Positions 13,750 to 26,806 of a DNA stretch of 64,000 nucleotides are shown one piece after another. Location of the stretch: the NCBI GenBank assembly GCA_951406725.2, contig OX597814.1, positions 99,820,001 to 99,884,000 on the forward strand, written 5' to 3'. The notes under the pieces were generated by a model. The model made no database searches. It saw only the letters and a list, made by a program, of their open reading frames with translations, and was not told where the DNA came from. Each line of letters opens with the position of its first letter. Within the stretch, counting starts at the first letter, position 1. The translations under genes were made by a program, and so were the position numbers. Source of the DNA: Octopus vulgaris. Its lineage: Eukaryota.

Positions 13750-14424
13750 CTTTTACTAGTTTCAGTTTCGCTTGACTGTGGCTATGCTGGAGCACCACCT
13801 TACAGGGTTCTTAAGTTGAAGAAATCAACCCTAGGACTTATTCTTTGTAAATCAAGTACTTACACTATCTGTTCTCTTTTGCTGAACCGTTATGTTACGG
13901 GGATGTAAACACACCAACACCGGTTGTCAAGCGATGGTCGTAAACAAATAGAGACACAAAGAAACAAACCCAGAACTACGTGACTGGGAAGCAAGCTTGT
14001 TATTTCTTTATTGCCCCCAAGGGGCTACACACAATAGGGACAAACAAGGACAGACAAACGGATTAAGTCGATTATATCGACCCCAGTGCGTAAGTGGTAC
14101 TTATTTAATCGACCCCGAAAGGATGAAAGGCAAAGTCGACCTCGGCGGAATTTGAACTCAGAACGTAGCGGCAGGCAAAATACCAATTTCTATTTCTTTA
14201 CTACCCACAAGGGGCTAAACATAGAGTGGACAGACAAGGACAGACAAACGGATTAAGTCGATTACATCGACCCCAGTGCGTAACTGGTACTTATTTAATC
14301 GACCCCGAAAGGCTGAAATTGAACTCAGAACGTAACGGTAGATGAAATACCGCTAAGCGTTTCGCCCGGCGTGCTAGCGTTTCTGCCAGCTCGCCGCCTT
14401 CTTACCACACGGTTACGCGTGCGC
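13750..14424 (-). mobile_element. GCAGGAGTGGCTGTGTGG-family SINE interrupted by a nested SINE dimer
   Basis: Body at 13750-14000; its 5' end CTTACCACACGG resumes at 14401. Confidence 0.8.
14001..14398 (-). mobile_element. Nested head-to-tail dimer of the GGCGGCGAGCTGG-family SINE
   Basis: Same architecture as 2737-3142; junction near 14177-14196. Confidence 0.88.
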
Positions 14425-15511
14425 CTATGTGCATTTATTTGTAAATTTGTGCCTATTGAGATTACTCTCATTTCGTCAGTCTGTACTGTACGTTCTGAGT
14501 TAAAGAAGAGTAAGGAGGACAGAAAGAGAGGAAAATGAGGAGGTGCAGGAGGAGCAGAAGGAGGTTGAGGGAGAGGAGGAGAGAAAGAGGTGAACGAAGA
14601 CGTTCACCTTCAGAAAGAAACCTATAATCTACTCGAAAATAAAAACAAAACAAATATTTTGATGCAATGATAATAACATGGTATTCAATAGGAAAAAAGT
14701 ATTAAAGCAAAAATTCACCACTCACACCCTCTTTCTTCTCATACACGTTTCGTCGATGGGCGCGTTCACGTGTGTGTCCGTGTGTTTGTGTGAGTTGTGA
14801 ACGCGTGTGCTTGTGCATTTGTTTGAGTATGTGTGCGTGAATGTTCTTTGTGTTTTGTCAGTGTGGTATGCATGAGAGTGTGGGAGAAAATTTGTGTCTT
14901 CGTACGTTTCAAGAGTGCGTGTGAGTAAGTATTTTAGCAAATTTATGTAAACAGGCCCAACTCTATAGATCTTTTGTGTTTTATACAGGTTGTTGTAAGG
15001 CAAGGAAATGGAGTAATCGTGAAAGGGTCGTCGAAAAGACCTTACAGTGTATCTTTTCGGCTCTTCGCGTTTCGAATTCCAGTCTCACTAAAATCACCTT
15101 CACAATTTATTTTAAAGGGATCAATAAAGTTACAATAAAGCAAGTGGCGTCGATTCTTCTCTTAGCTCTTCTATCCCTCTTTCCTACTTTCTCTCTTCCG
15201 CGCATTCTCGAAAGTTAAAGGCCCAAAGGTGTTTCATCGTGGTACAACAGATTCAGCCTCAGAATTCCGTTAAGAGTACACATGTCTGTGGAATACTCAA
15301 CCATTTGAACAGAATATTCCTTCACCGAAACCGACGTATAATTTAATACCGGTAGTTTCTTTAACTTCAGCTGTTCTCTAATTAAGCAGACTTATGATCA
15401 ACAAGGACCCCAGCCGTGACCATCACGAATATCTTACTGAAATCTAGAACCATATTTTCTGATGCAATAATATATATATGTGTGTATGTGTGTTTGTACA
15501 TATATATATAA

Positions 15512-15567
<56 letters not shown>

Positions 15568-15695
15568 ATGTGTATATATATATACGTATATATATATACA
15601 TATGCATATATACATACATATGTATATATACATATATATATACATATATATATACATACTATATAATATATATATATATTATATATATATAATAC

Positions 15696-15739
<44 letters not shown>

Positions 15740-16239
15740 GCATATATATATATAGATATATATGTACGTATATACACACACACGCAGACACATATTGAAG
15801 ACAAAAGCGTGTATTGAAATATATTTGACTAGCCTTTCTAGCAGATCAAACAACTAGTCTCATTGAAGTTTCCTCGATGACTCGTCTTATATAGGTGTTT
15901 TATAATGCTATTTGTTTGGGAGCGAATGGGTTCTTTGTGTTTGTGTTCATGCATGTATGCATTTGCATGCCAACCTGCATATCAGTATTAACATGTAGTT
16001 CATAAATGGGTGCATGTGGGCGGCTCAGAAGTGAAACAGTCGAATGGATATGATATTGGATTGTAATGCTATATATATTGACTTTTCTTTCAGTGCAAGT
16101 GTTTAGTTACTATTACTGTAATCACTATTATTATTTTAGTTTTTCTGCTTGTGGTGGTCGTCGTCATCGTCGTCATCATAATCGCCATCATCATCAACAT
16201 TACTATTATCAGTATCATTATCATTATTATTTTGTGAGC

Positions 16240-16480
16240 AGATATGAGCGGCATTTCATTAGCACTTCGCACAGCTGTTTGACGATGCATCGACGACGGT
16301 ACGGTACTGGACTTTAGTTCGTTCCTGGACGGCTTGCCGCGGTTCTCGGCAGCTGACGTGAGGTTGTGTGAAAGGCCGATAACAGCCGCTGAAATTTAAG
16401 AGGTGAAGAGCAATTGCACAAGTCGCAGATCGCATCAGTTTGGATGGTCTGCCCTATGAATTCTCTGTATTCATGCCGAT
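16240..16480 (+). mobile_element. Tx1/L1-like ORF2 internal fragment
   Basis: HFAQLF..DFSSFLDGLPRFS..CERPITAAEI..LDGLPYEF (pre-RT region). Confidence 0.75.
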
Positions 16481-16750
16481 AATATCTAATATATACATGG
16501 AATACTTTGAGAATTTGGCTTTAGGATCAACACCACTAAAACCAACCCTATGGCTGCGATATAGTAATGACACCTTTTTACTCTAGCCTCACCAGGAAGA
16601 TGTCCAAGTTCTGTTAGATCATGTGAACTCAATAACACCATCCATACAGTACACAATGGAAAGGGAAAAATACAATCAGCTAGCATTTCTGAACGTATTA
16701 ATAACACACACCAAGTATGGATTCAGGAATTTTTCCAGCCACCACTTTTC
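16476..16750 (+). mobile_element. Penelope-like reverse transcriptase fragment
   Basis: PIISNIYMEYFENLAL..KPTLWLRYSNDTF..LLDHVNSITPSIQYTMERE..NQLAFLNVLI (PLE RT motifs, YVDD decayed). Confidence 0.85.
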
Positions 16751-16892
16751 CGAATGTACTGAAGCAGGTATCTTCACACTGAAATATAGAAATTCAATGT
16801 AAAATTGCAACTTTGTTAGGTTTTCTTTTCAATTTGTTGTTTACATTGTACCTTCCCGTATTGTTAACTCTTTACACAACTACATTCGTTAA

Positions 16893-16949
<57 letters not shown>

Positions 16950-16952
<3 letters not shown>

Positions 16953-17121
16953 TTCGACATGTGACGTGTGGCACCCGTTGTACCGATACAGGTAATGTCG
17001 ATTTGAAGGAGGGAGTGAACTTATGTCTACACAATCATTTAATCACTATAAACAAATCATGTGTGCAGTTGTTCGATAAGAAATTGTTGAACCCTCATAC
17101 GTCATCTAACGACGGGAGAGT

Positions 17122-17125
<4 letters not shown>
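16950..17125 (+). mobile_element. SINE tail W fragment
   Basis: ATGTCGATTTGA.GGAGGGAGTGA shared with 34448-34740 and 48176-48480. Confidence 0.65.
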
Positions 17126-17164
<39 letters not shown>

Positions 17165-17273
17165 CAAATGAGTGGAAATTCAACCAGTGTGTGTGTCAAA
17201 TTATAAGGCACTAAAAGAGAATGACACTCCCCAGACAAAACAGTATATATACACATATATATAAGTATGCATG

Positions 17274-17328
<55 letters not shown>

Positions 17329-17449
17329 GTATGTATTACGTACTTATATACACAAATACACTCACACACATACTGATAGAGACACAGAGACACAGATGGA
17401 CATCTGTATGTGTGTATGTATGCGGGTCTCGGTGCTTTGGGAGCATATT

Positions 17450-17654
17450 TTCTTGTACTTGTTTCAACCTGTAGACTGCAGCCATACTATAGCACTGCCT
17501 TGAAAAATTTTAGTCGATCTCTTCTTATTTTTAAGTCTGCTATTCATACCATCAGTCTCTTTAGCCGAACCGCTATGTTACGCGGGCGTAATCTCCCCAA
17601 CACTGGTCGCCAACTGATGGTGCAGATAAACACAGACATAAAGATGCACACGCA

Positions 17655-17718
<64 letters not shown>

Positions 17719-17882
17719 CACACACACATTCGATTAACTTCATTCTAGAAGATCCACTCACAAAGCTTTGGTCAGCTCGAGGCTATAGTAGAAGACATCT
17801 GCCGAAGCTGCTACGCATTTGGACCGAACCCGGAACCCTGCTGTTGGTAAATAAACTTCTTAACGCACAACCACGCCTGCGT
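17450..17882 (-). mobile_element. Decayed GCAGGAGTGGCTGTGTGG-family SINE
   Basis: Reverse complement matches 43449-43826; internal (CA)n. Confidence 0.8.
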
Positions 17883-18361
17883 ATGCACGTATATATATAT
17901 GACATGTAATGTAAATTCTTGCCGGTGAAATTCTGTATGCAAAATGCAGAGAGCACGAACGCATAAACCTTCAAAAAAATGTAATACCTCACGCATGAAT
18001 GTGCAATTGTTTGCATATATGCAAGTATACTGTACTAACATCTACTGTAAATGTAAAAAAAAATCGGTTAGTTGTTTATTGATGGAGAAACGTTAATACA
18101 AGGAATCCGATCCTATGTTATAAAACACTGTCGCGCGCTCACACAAACAAACACCCACGCACAGAAAACAAGCGCATAGAAGTACACAATATCAAAATAA
18201 CGTATCTATATGAATGTGTAATATATTTATATACACACACGCACATATATATGTACACATACAGATATGAATTGATATTCTTATACGCCTGTGTGTATGT
18301 GTACATATATATATATATATATGCGTGTGTGTTTGTATGTGTGTTTTGGGTGTTTCTGTGC

Positions 18362-18398
<37 letters not shown>

Positions 18399-18752
18399 TG
18401 CGTTTGTGTGAGTGTCTGTGTGAGTGCATGCGTATATAAGTTTGTACGTATATGTATTCACTCTCACAAGTATACACGCATATTTATTAACAATAACAGA
18501 GAAAAAAATATCCAACTTAATACTTAATACTTTCATATACATAAACCTCCAAACGCATCTCTCCACATTGAAAAATAAATAAATTTGAACACATGATTAC
18601 TGAAATGAATAAATACATACATACATATATACATACATACATATACATACATACATACATACATACATACACATACATACATATACATACATACATACAT
18701 ATATATATATATACATACATACATATATATATGCATATATATATATATTATA

Positions 18753-18786
<34 letters not shown>

Positions 18787-18797
18787 CATATATATAT

Positions 18798-18876
<79 letters not shown>

Positions 18877-19413
18877 ATAGAATAGAATAAATAAAACTTC
18901 TTTAAAAAAAAGCCTATTCAAAATCACATTGAGAAGCTTATCTTAGAATAAAATACGTTTCGCATTCGTGTATTATCAATCGAATGTCCTACCGGATTTT
19001 AATTATTTGATAAATAAATATTCAAATAAAAATTTGAAAATGTAAATGAAATATATAATAAAGTTATCGTGTTTTACCATGTTATCGTAGTTACTCTGTT
19101 TTCTATATTATTGACTTAATATTTGAGCTCTGTTTGATCGTCTGTTTCCCCTTTTGCTTTCATTGTCATCTATCTTATCGCTCTCTAGTTTTCTATATAT
19201 TTCTCGACTCTACGATGTGTATATTTCCTATAGTCTCCCCCTCTCTCTCCCTACATTTATTGGTTGTCTCTAAGCGAATTAAGGATGTATATATATATAT
19301 ATGCATGCATACATTCCTGCATGCACGTATATAATTCATGATAGATGTACGCGTATGTATGTATGAATGTATGTATGTATGAATGCATGTATGTATGAAT
19401 GTATGTATGAATG

Positions 19414-19471
<58 letters not shown>

Positions 19472-21169
19472 TGTATGTATGTATACGTATATATATACAT
19501 GCACGTGTATGTATGTGTGTATTAATATGTATATATATGTAGATATGTATATATTTATATATCAATATATATATATATGTGTATGTATATATGTATGTAT
19601 ATATATATATATAATGTATAAACATACATGTATACAATTCTAGAAATACAAATACAGGCACTCATACATGTCCGTGGGTTCTTGAGAATGGAATGATTTT
19701 AATTAAAAAACATTCTAATCCTAACGACTTTTTTTTCTCATTAGCATTAAAACTTCAATTAATTAGAATTTATATTGACTCTCGACTTATTGTAGTCTGA
19801 AACAGTCTAATCTCCAAGATGTAAATGGGGGAAATACTTCATCGATATGGTAGGTAGATGTTCAGACGTTTGTCTCTTTTGCTATGTAATTTCATCATTA
19901 CGTAAGTTCATCATTATATTTAGTTCGTGCATACATATGTATCAACTACAGAGAAATAAATCTATATTTTAGGAAGTGAGATAGGACAAAGGTAATGTAA
20001 AATACTCGCAAGGTATATATATTTAAGATGCTTTCGGTTTAATTATCCAGCATCTCGAGACTGTGAGGTTGGCCCGAGAAGTATGGCGAGTGTACGTTGT
20101 TGTTACAGCCCGGGTTGGAATCCGGCCATAATAAAATAATCGTTTTAATTCAGTTTAACCGTGATTATAGTAGGAAGCATAGATAGAAATATTTCTAATA
20201 TATCATCTGATGTATCAGAAATATCCAGCCATCCATTTTCACCAGCCATTAGTTGTAGAGTCCTACAGGATCATATCAGAGACAACCGGCTTTTAGCCCT
20301 CCTTCTGAATTCCACAATTGGAATAGAGATGAAAGTGCTGTATGAGAGACGAAGAAGTACCTTGATAAGAACTTAACAGCCAGACAAGTAGACCCTGCTT
20401 CATAGTATGTTGACGCATTTCGTTAGTTTGTATCGCTTATTTGGTTTTTTCATTATTTTTTACTTCATTTCATATGTTTCAGTCCAAAGTCTGCGGCCAT
20501 GCTAGAGAATCGCCCGTGTTGAATATAAATATTTTTTCTGTTATTTATTCACAGTTTCATACTTTTATTTCATTAATCATCGGTATTTGAAGCGTTTTAA
20601 ACCACACCCAGTTGTACCTTCTTTGGAATTTTTGCTTTCGTTGCCTGATTTTCAAACAGTATCATTGCAGCATAAACGCAAGTATTTATTCAATTAAAAC
20701 GTGCCTCACTAATCAACAATCAGAAAATTTTCGGTTTCTCAAAAATGGCCCACTCTTAAATGTATCCTAAAAGCTTAAAAGTGTCCTAAAATTTCGCTGC
20801 TGTAATCAAGCCAGTTTGGTAAATGTTAAACTGACTTCTATATCTTTTGCGAGGGTAGAAATGCAATCAAAACATGAAATGCATCCAATGGTACCTTAAT
20901 GTTTTGTCTAAATCACTATTTAGTTGCATATAGCGCAATGTGAACTCAGAACAATGTAGCCATGAAATACATGATCTTATCCACAACCTCCTGTCTGGAA
21001 CTCCTGTCAATCATTCATATATATTTCATATATTAGCAATAAATACATCCCGAACAACATGATTTGTCATATTGCAAATTACTTTTAACATAGCTTTAAT
21101 TGGGCTCCAACAGGTTTACGCCTTCCACTTTCTCTTTTTGTATTATTTTATCCAAACCTTTGTATTTTC

Positions 21170-21320
21170 ATGTATGTACGTATGCATGTATGCATGTATG
21201 TATGTATGTATGTATGTATGTATGTATGTATGTATGTATGTATGTATGTGTATGTATGTATGTATGTATGCATATATCTATCTATCTATCTTATCTATCT
21301 ATCTATCTTATCTATCTATC

Positions 21321-21408
<88 letters not shown>

Positions 21409-21481
21409 TTACCTATCTAGCTTATCTATCTATCTTATCTATCTATCTTATCTATCTATCTTATATATATCTATCTTTCTT

Positions 21482-21571
<90 letters not shown>
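21170..21571. repeat. (ATGT)n then (ATCT)n microsatellite
   Basis: Direct inspection. Confidence 0.95.
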
Positions 21572-21573
<2 letters not shown>

Positions 21574-22474
21574 GAGCTTATCCCGAACGGGTAGCGCTTC
21601 CCTGGCCTGGCAGTGCTACCGAGAAGCGCTACCCGTTCGGGATAAGCTCTACAGACACGGCTCGAGAAACACGGGGCCGACCTGCCCGAGATGCGGTCAG
21701 AGCGACGAAACCGTTCTGCACGCACTCGTTCAGTGTCCAACAATTTCCGACCTGTGGGCTTATGTCGAACAACTGCTGTCACGTGTGGGACGAGTCGGTT
21801 TATCAGCTGAGTCTATCGTCAATATTGTCACGCCTCCTTCCTTCAAACGGGAAGGAAGAGCTATTTTCATCATCCTTGTGGCTATGGCGAAAGAATGTAT
21901 CTGGTGGACGCGTCTGAAAGGATTGGAGACAAACACTTTCCTCTCTGGTCAATCTCTCATCAACTTCTTCAAGTACCACTTGAAAAGGAAAGTGAGAGTA
22001 GAGAGGCAAGTTTTGTCTAGCGAATGTTTTAAAAAAAGATGGGTGAATGTAGCAAGAATGGCACGTATGAATGACGAAACCACCTTGAGCATGAGCCTAT
22101 GAACCCAGAAATTGAAAACAGAGAGTTGCTTATTTGCAAAAAAAAAAAAAAAAGAAATATAAAATGTGACTTCATTAACCGAGGTTACCGTGGTCTTTTC
22201 CGTAGGCTTTTCGTTCCACGGGTAAACCTCATTTGTCCTCCCCTTTATACTTCATATTGACATTTCTGTGATAACGATCCCTATTGATCATTTTTTTCCC
22301 TCTCCCCCTTTTTTTTAACCCCCCTTTTTTTCCTCTTTCTCTCCTTTTACGATCCCTTTTGATCGAAACTCCCCCTTTTCTTTTTTTTTTTTTTTTTTAA
22401 ACCTTCAAAAGAAAAGCTCTACCTTGTAATTTGTTCTATCTGTGTGCAGCCCTGTGTGGCTAATAAAGAAACAT
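21572..22474 (+). mobile_element. 5'-truncated Tx1/L1-like LINE, copy 1, in (ATCT)n, with 5' fold-back
   Basis: zf-RVT CPRC..ET..H..VQC, ORF end ..ETTLSMSL*, pyrimidine-rich 3' UTR ending AATAAAGAAACAT then ATCT repeats. Confidence 0.92.
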
Positions 22475-22857
22475 ATCTATCTATCTATCTATCTGTGTGC
22501 GTGTATCTGTCTATCTATTGACCTATGAACCAGTCTACATAGTTTCCTTTCCTTCACTCTATCTCACTCTCCTTTTAAGTATATGAGTATACGTGTGTGC
22601 AGGCAGCATTTGCGTGTGTACGTGCATGCGTGAGAGTAGCGATGAATGTGTTTATGTGTGCGTGTATGTGTGCGTATGTGTATGCTTGTGTGTGCTTGTG
22701 TGTGTGCTTGTGTGTGTGTGTGTGTGTGTGTGTGAATGAGTATGTGGGAAGTCTGCATGACTTTATGTAACTCGCTTCTCAGATTAATAGATACATCATC
22801 CCATGTCCTTTCAATATTCAATCGGCCACAAACCGCAATAACCAGGTTGAGTTTCCG

Positions 22858-22902
<45 letters not shown>

Positions 22903-23004
22903 CACTGCTGCTGTTGTTGCTGCCGTCGGGGCCGCCACACCAACACCACCACCACCACCACCACCACTACCACCACCACCACCACTACCACCACCACCAC
23001 CACC

Positions 23005-23042
<38 letters not shown>

Positions 23043-23100
23043 AAACAATAGCAACTATAACAACAACGACGACAACAACAGCAACAAGAACAAGAACACC
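22858..23100. repeat. (ACT)n/(ACC)n/(AAC)n trinucleotide tract
   Basis: Direct inspection. Confidence 0.9.
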
Positions 23101-23822
23101 TGTACAAAATCAACAATTTCGAAAAGGCACAACATGGCGATCAATCTCCCTATTACACAAACCCACACCTTTCCTTTTTTACAAAACAATAGCCAAAACG
23201 TTATGAAATAAAATAGAAGATTGATTGACAAGGCTAAGCAATTAGGAGTCAAACTATCGATATAAACGACTCATATAAACGATGACACTGGCATGAAATC
23301 GTTATTTTTTAATAATGTTTAATACAGAAGAATCCCCTTTAAGCACTCTCAGTGTAGCTTTAGTTGTCAAGTGAGGTGTTATAACGTTTCGTGCACATAT
23401 AATATGATGTGCTATCGGTTCATTTCCTCTTGAACAAATAATAGTGGGAGCAATTGCTAGCATAGTGTCAGTATTAGAGCAAGGCTTTCTAGGTATTAAG
23501 TACTCCTTACAGATCGGCTACACCATTCAAAATGTCAGCAAAATGAAGTCGAACTCACGACAAATATTTCATCAGCCAATCAGTTAAAAAGGCAACTGAC
23601 CATTCATTTTTATTTATTGCCTCACTAACCATTTAGATTAATATACACTCTCAATCAATCAATCGGTCTTATGTATTTATCTACCTATTTATCTATCTGT
23701 TTATCTATCTATAAATCTATCAATCAAATTTCTGCCTACATTTCTCCAAAGGATAAACAGATGAATCGATTGATACACAGATCATGCACATAGACATGTA
23801 TACACACACACGCACACACGCA

Positions 23823-23868
<46 letters not shown>

Positions 23869-24285
23869 CACACACACACACACATTGTGTGTGCGTTTGT
23901 GCATGTAAGTATGTATATGTATGTGCAACGGACTTCCAATTGACGACACCTCTTGGCTGCCAAGTTGTTCGCTCAACTGAAAGCCTACACACTGAATTAA
24001 TATACAATGTGGCAGAGTATTCCGCAAACACTTGTCAACACTGGACAATTGAATAAAGCCAGAATCCTTTCAACGGGTTTCTTCGAAGACCATCAATGTT
24101 TTTAGTCTTTACTTGCAGTGTTAAATATACAAAATTATAAAGCATTCTTCTTTAAATATTAAGAGACCACGGAAGTGTTTACTCGCTTACATGTGGTGGT
24201 GGGGGTTGTATATGTTTGTATGCATGTATATATGTATGCATGTGTATATGTATGTATGTGCGCGTGTATATGTTTGTGTGTGTGA

Positions 24286-24316
<31 letters not shown>

Positions 24317-25405
24317 AGTAAATACTCGAGTATAAACAAAAACGGGTAAGAGGACACTTAACTGGAAAAAGTGTGTTGTATATTTTATTCCAATTTGAAA
24401 CTTCACAGAATATTTCTGTAAGTTTTCCGTTTCTGATTTTTGGATGTTAAAAAAATGGAGCATAATATATATGTTTAATAAGCAAGTCAGATATATTTTG
24501 AATAACTGAGTCCACATTGGTTGGATGGTATAGTCCTGACTTTGATCTTATGACCGTTGCACAAAGATAGAACATGAAAGAAAGAAAAATAGAGAAGACA
24601 GTGGCACTTCGTTTATGCCAGTAATTCAAGAAAGAAAATGATGAAAGAATTTATGTGTACTGAGCGATAAATAATTTTACTATAAACGCAATTCTCACTT
24701 TTTGAGGGAGGTGGGCTAATAATTATTTCATCCATCCCGACCCGAACGGATGTAAAGCAAAGACGATTTCGACGGAAACTGAGCAATGAACAATAACATG
24801 AACAAAATACTTACGTAAAGAATGAAGATGTGTAAACACTATCATGTTTAACGACTCTGATTGATGGAAAGTTGAGGGACAAAAGACTTACAACAAATCG
24901 CACTAAAGGTACCCAATGAATAAGCGATAATTGCTAAGCAGAGCGACAGATTTAGTCTATTATTACATAAGAAGCGTCCACATAGCTTCTGTCAAATAAA
25001 TTTCACTTAAATGGTACGGTCTATTGTGCAAACCTCTTTCCCAAGATGCAACTTAGTAAGTTTAAGATCGAAAGTATTTAGTTTGAAAGTAAAAAGTTTA
25101 ATCATACAGCCATGTTTAAATTATTTTTCTGGTTGCTTTCTCAAAGTGAGAATTATAAATTTCTACGCTCGCAGACTACCAGGATGATAACCTATTCCTG
25201 ATATATCAAGGTGAAATGAGATGCTGAAGAGAAACACAAGCAAAATGACTACTTTGAATATGAGGTCACGACGTGTTAGTTCATATAGTAATATCCTTAC
25301 GAAACCATTCACACTTAGTACTGTAGTAATTGCAAGAATTCATAAAGAAAGACACACCTTGATTATTATTTTCTAGTGAGTTAAGTGTTAAACCATTTAA
25401 AGGGT

Positions 25406-25620
25406 ACGGTGGTGAAATGGCAGAATCATTAGCATGCTGGCCAGAATGCTTGGCTACATTTCGTTCATCATAAGGCTCTGAGTTCAAATTCCACCGAGAT
25501 CGAATTTGCATTTCATCTTTCGGAATAGATAAAATAAGTACAAGTTGAGCTCTTGGGTCGATGCAATCGGCTTACCCCATCCCTCGAAATTTCTGGCCTT
25601 GTGCCAAAATTTGAAACCAA
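25406..25620 (+). mobile_element. GGCGGCGAGCTGG-family SINE (older copy)
   Basis: TGGCAGAATCATTAGCA A-box region, GAGTTCAAATTCC B-box. Confidence 0.8.
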
Positions 25621-26622
25621 TATATTTAAGGTGTGGCCAATATAAACGTGATAAAGAAAAGACAACTACTAATATAATCGTAATTTTTCGAAGAGAACAA
25701 TGCCTCCGGATGAGATTAAGCTATATTATGCCTCTTCAACCAAGCAAACCAACGAGTTGATAAGATAACCACAATATTGTACAGATAAGACGCATAAAAA
25801 ATTAGCATATTTAAAAAATAAATTCACTGAAGTTAATTAGTCAGAGATGATCTTGGCCCATTGTTCTTTCCATTTCTTACAAAGCTAGTCAACCATTTGT
25901 AATTATGCAGCATCGGGTATTCATTTCTATTCTTTTACTGTTTGTTTTTGTTTCTTTCTGTTAGTTCATACGCGCATACCCCCACACTCAGAGACACACA
26001 AATTCGCACGCTCACACATGTTATGTTGTGCATTTATGAAGGGAATTGCTCATATAAAACTATTGCTATTTTTCATTGTATTCGATCATGAATCTAGTCA
26101 ATTGTTTTGGCAGCCTCTGCCTCTGACGTTGTGTGATGTCTTGCTTGGACGGTTATTAACTAGCCATCGTCGTCCATCTGTCAAGGCCACCTGTGGACAC
26201 TGTGATTTGACCAGATGGATGAATCATTGAAAAATATATTAAGCATCATTTGTTTTGGTGATACGACACAAAGTAGTGAAAACTATATGCGGAATGTCGC
26301 AGGGGTTTTGTATGCTGTATGAGAAAGAATTAGGAACATTGAAAGAATAGAATGTATAAGATCAAGCAATAAAAATATTGCAGATAGAGATATAATGAAA
26401 GAAACGGAGAGAGAGGGGGGGGGGGGGAAAAAGACAGAGACAGACGGAAGCTGAGAAATACATTTAATGAAGCAGAAAGCAGTGAGTGTCAATGTAAGCA
26501 AGTTAATAGAGAACTAGTAGGCTTGAGCAAATAAAAGCCGTATTAACTTTACGAAAGACAGATAAGTTGTTACAGAGACGAGGGAGGACGAGAGTAATTA
26601 AGTAAGTTAGATAGACAGGTAA

Positions 26623-26682
<60 letters not shown>

Positions 26683-26749
26683 ACAGACAGCCGAACAGCT
26701 AGCCACACAGAACAGAAAGACAAACAGACATATAGACAGACAGACAGAC

Positions 26750-26805
<56 letters not shown>

Positions 26806-26806
<1 letters not shown>

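Noticed and set aside
22736-23206. Pro/Thr-rich 156-aa ORF resembling a formin or mucin segment
   Set aside because: Entirely explained by (ACT)n/(ACC)n repeats; no domain or splice support
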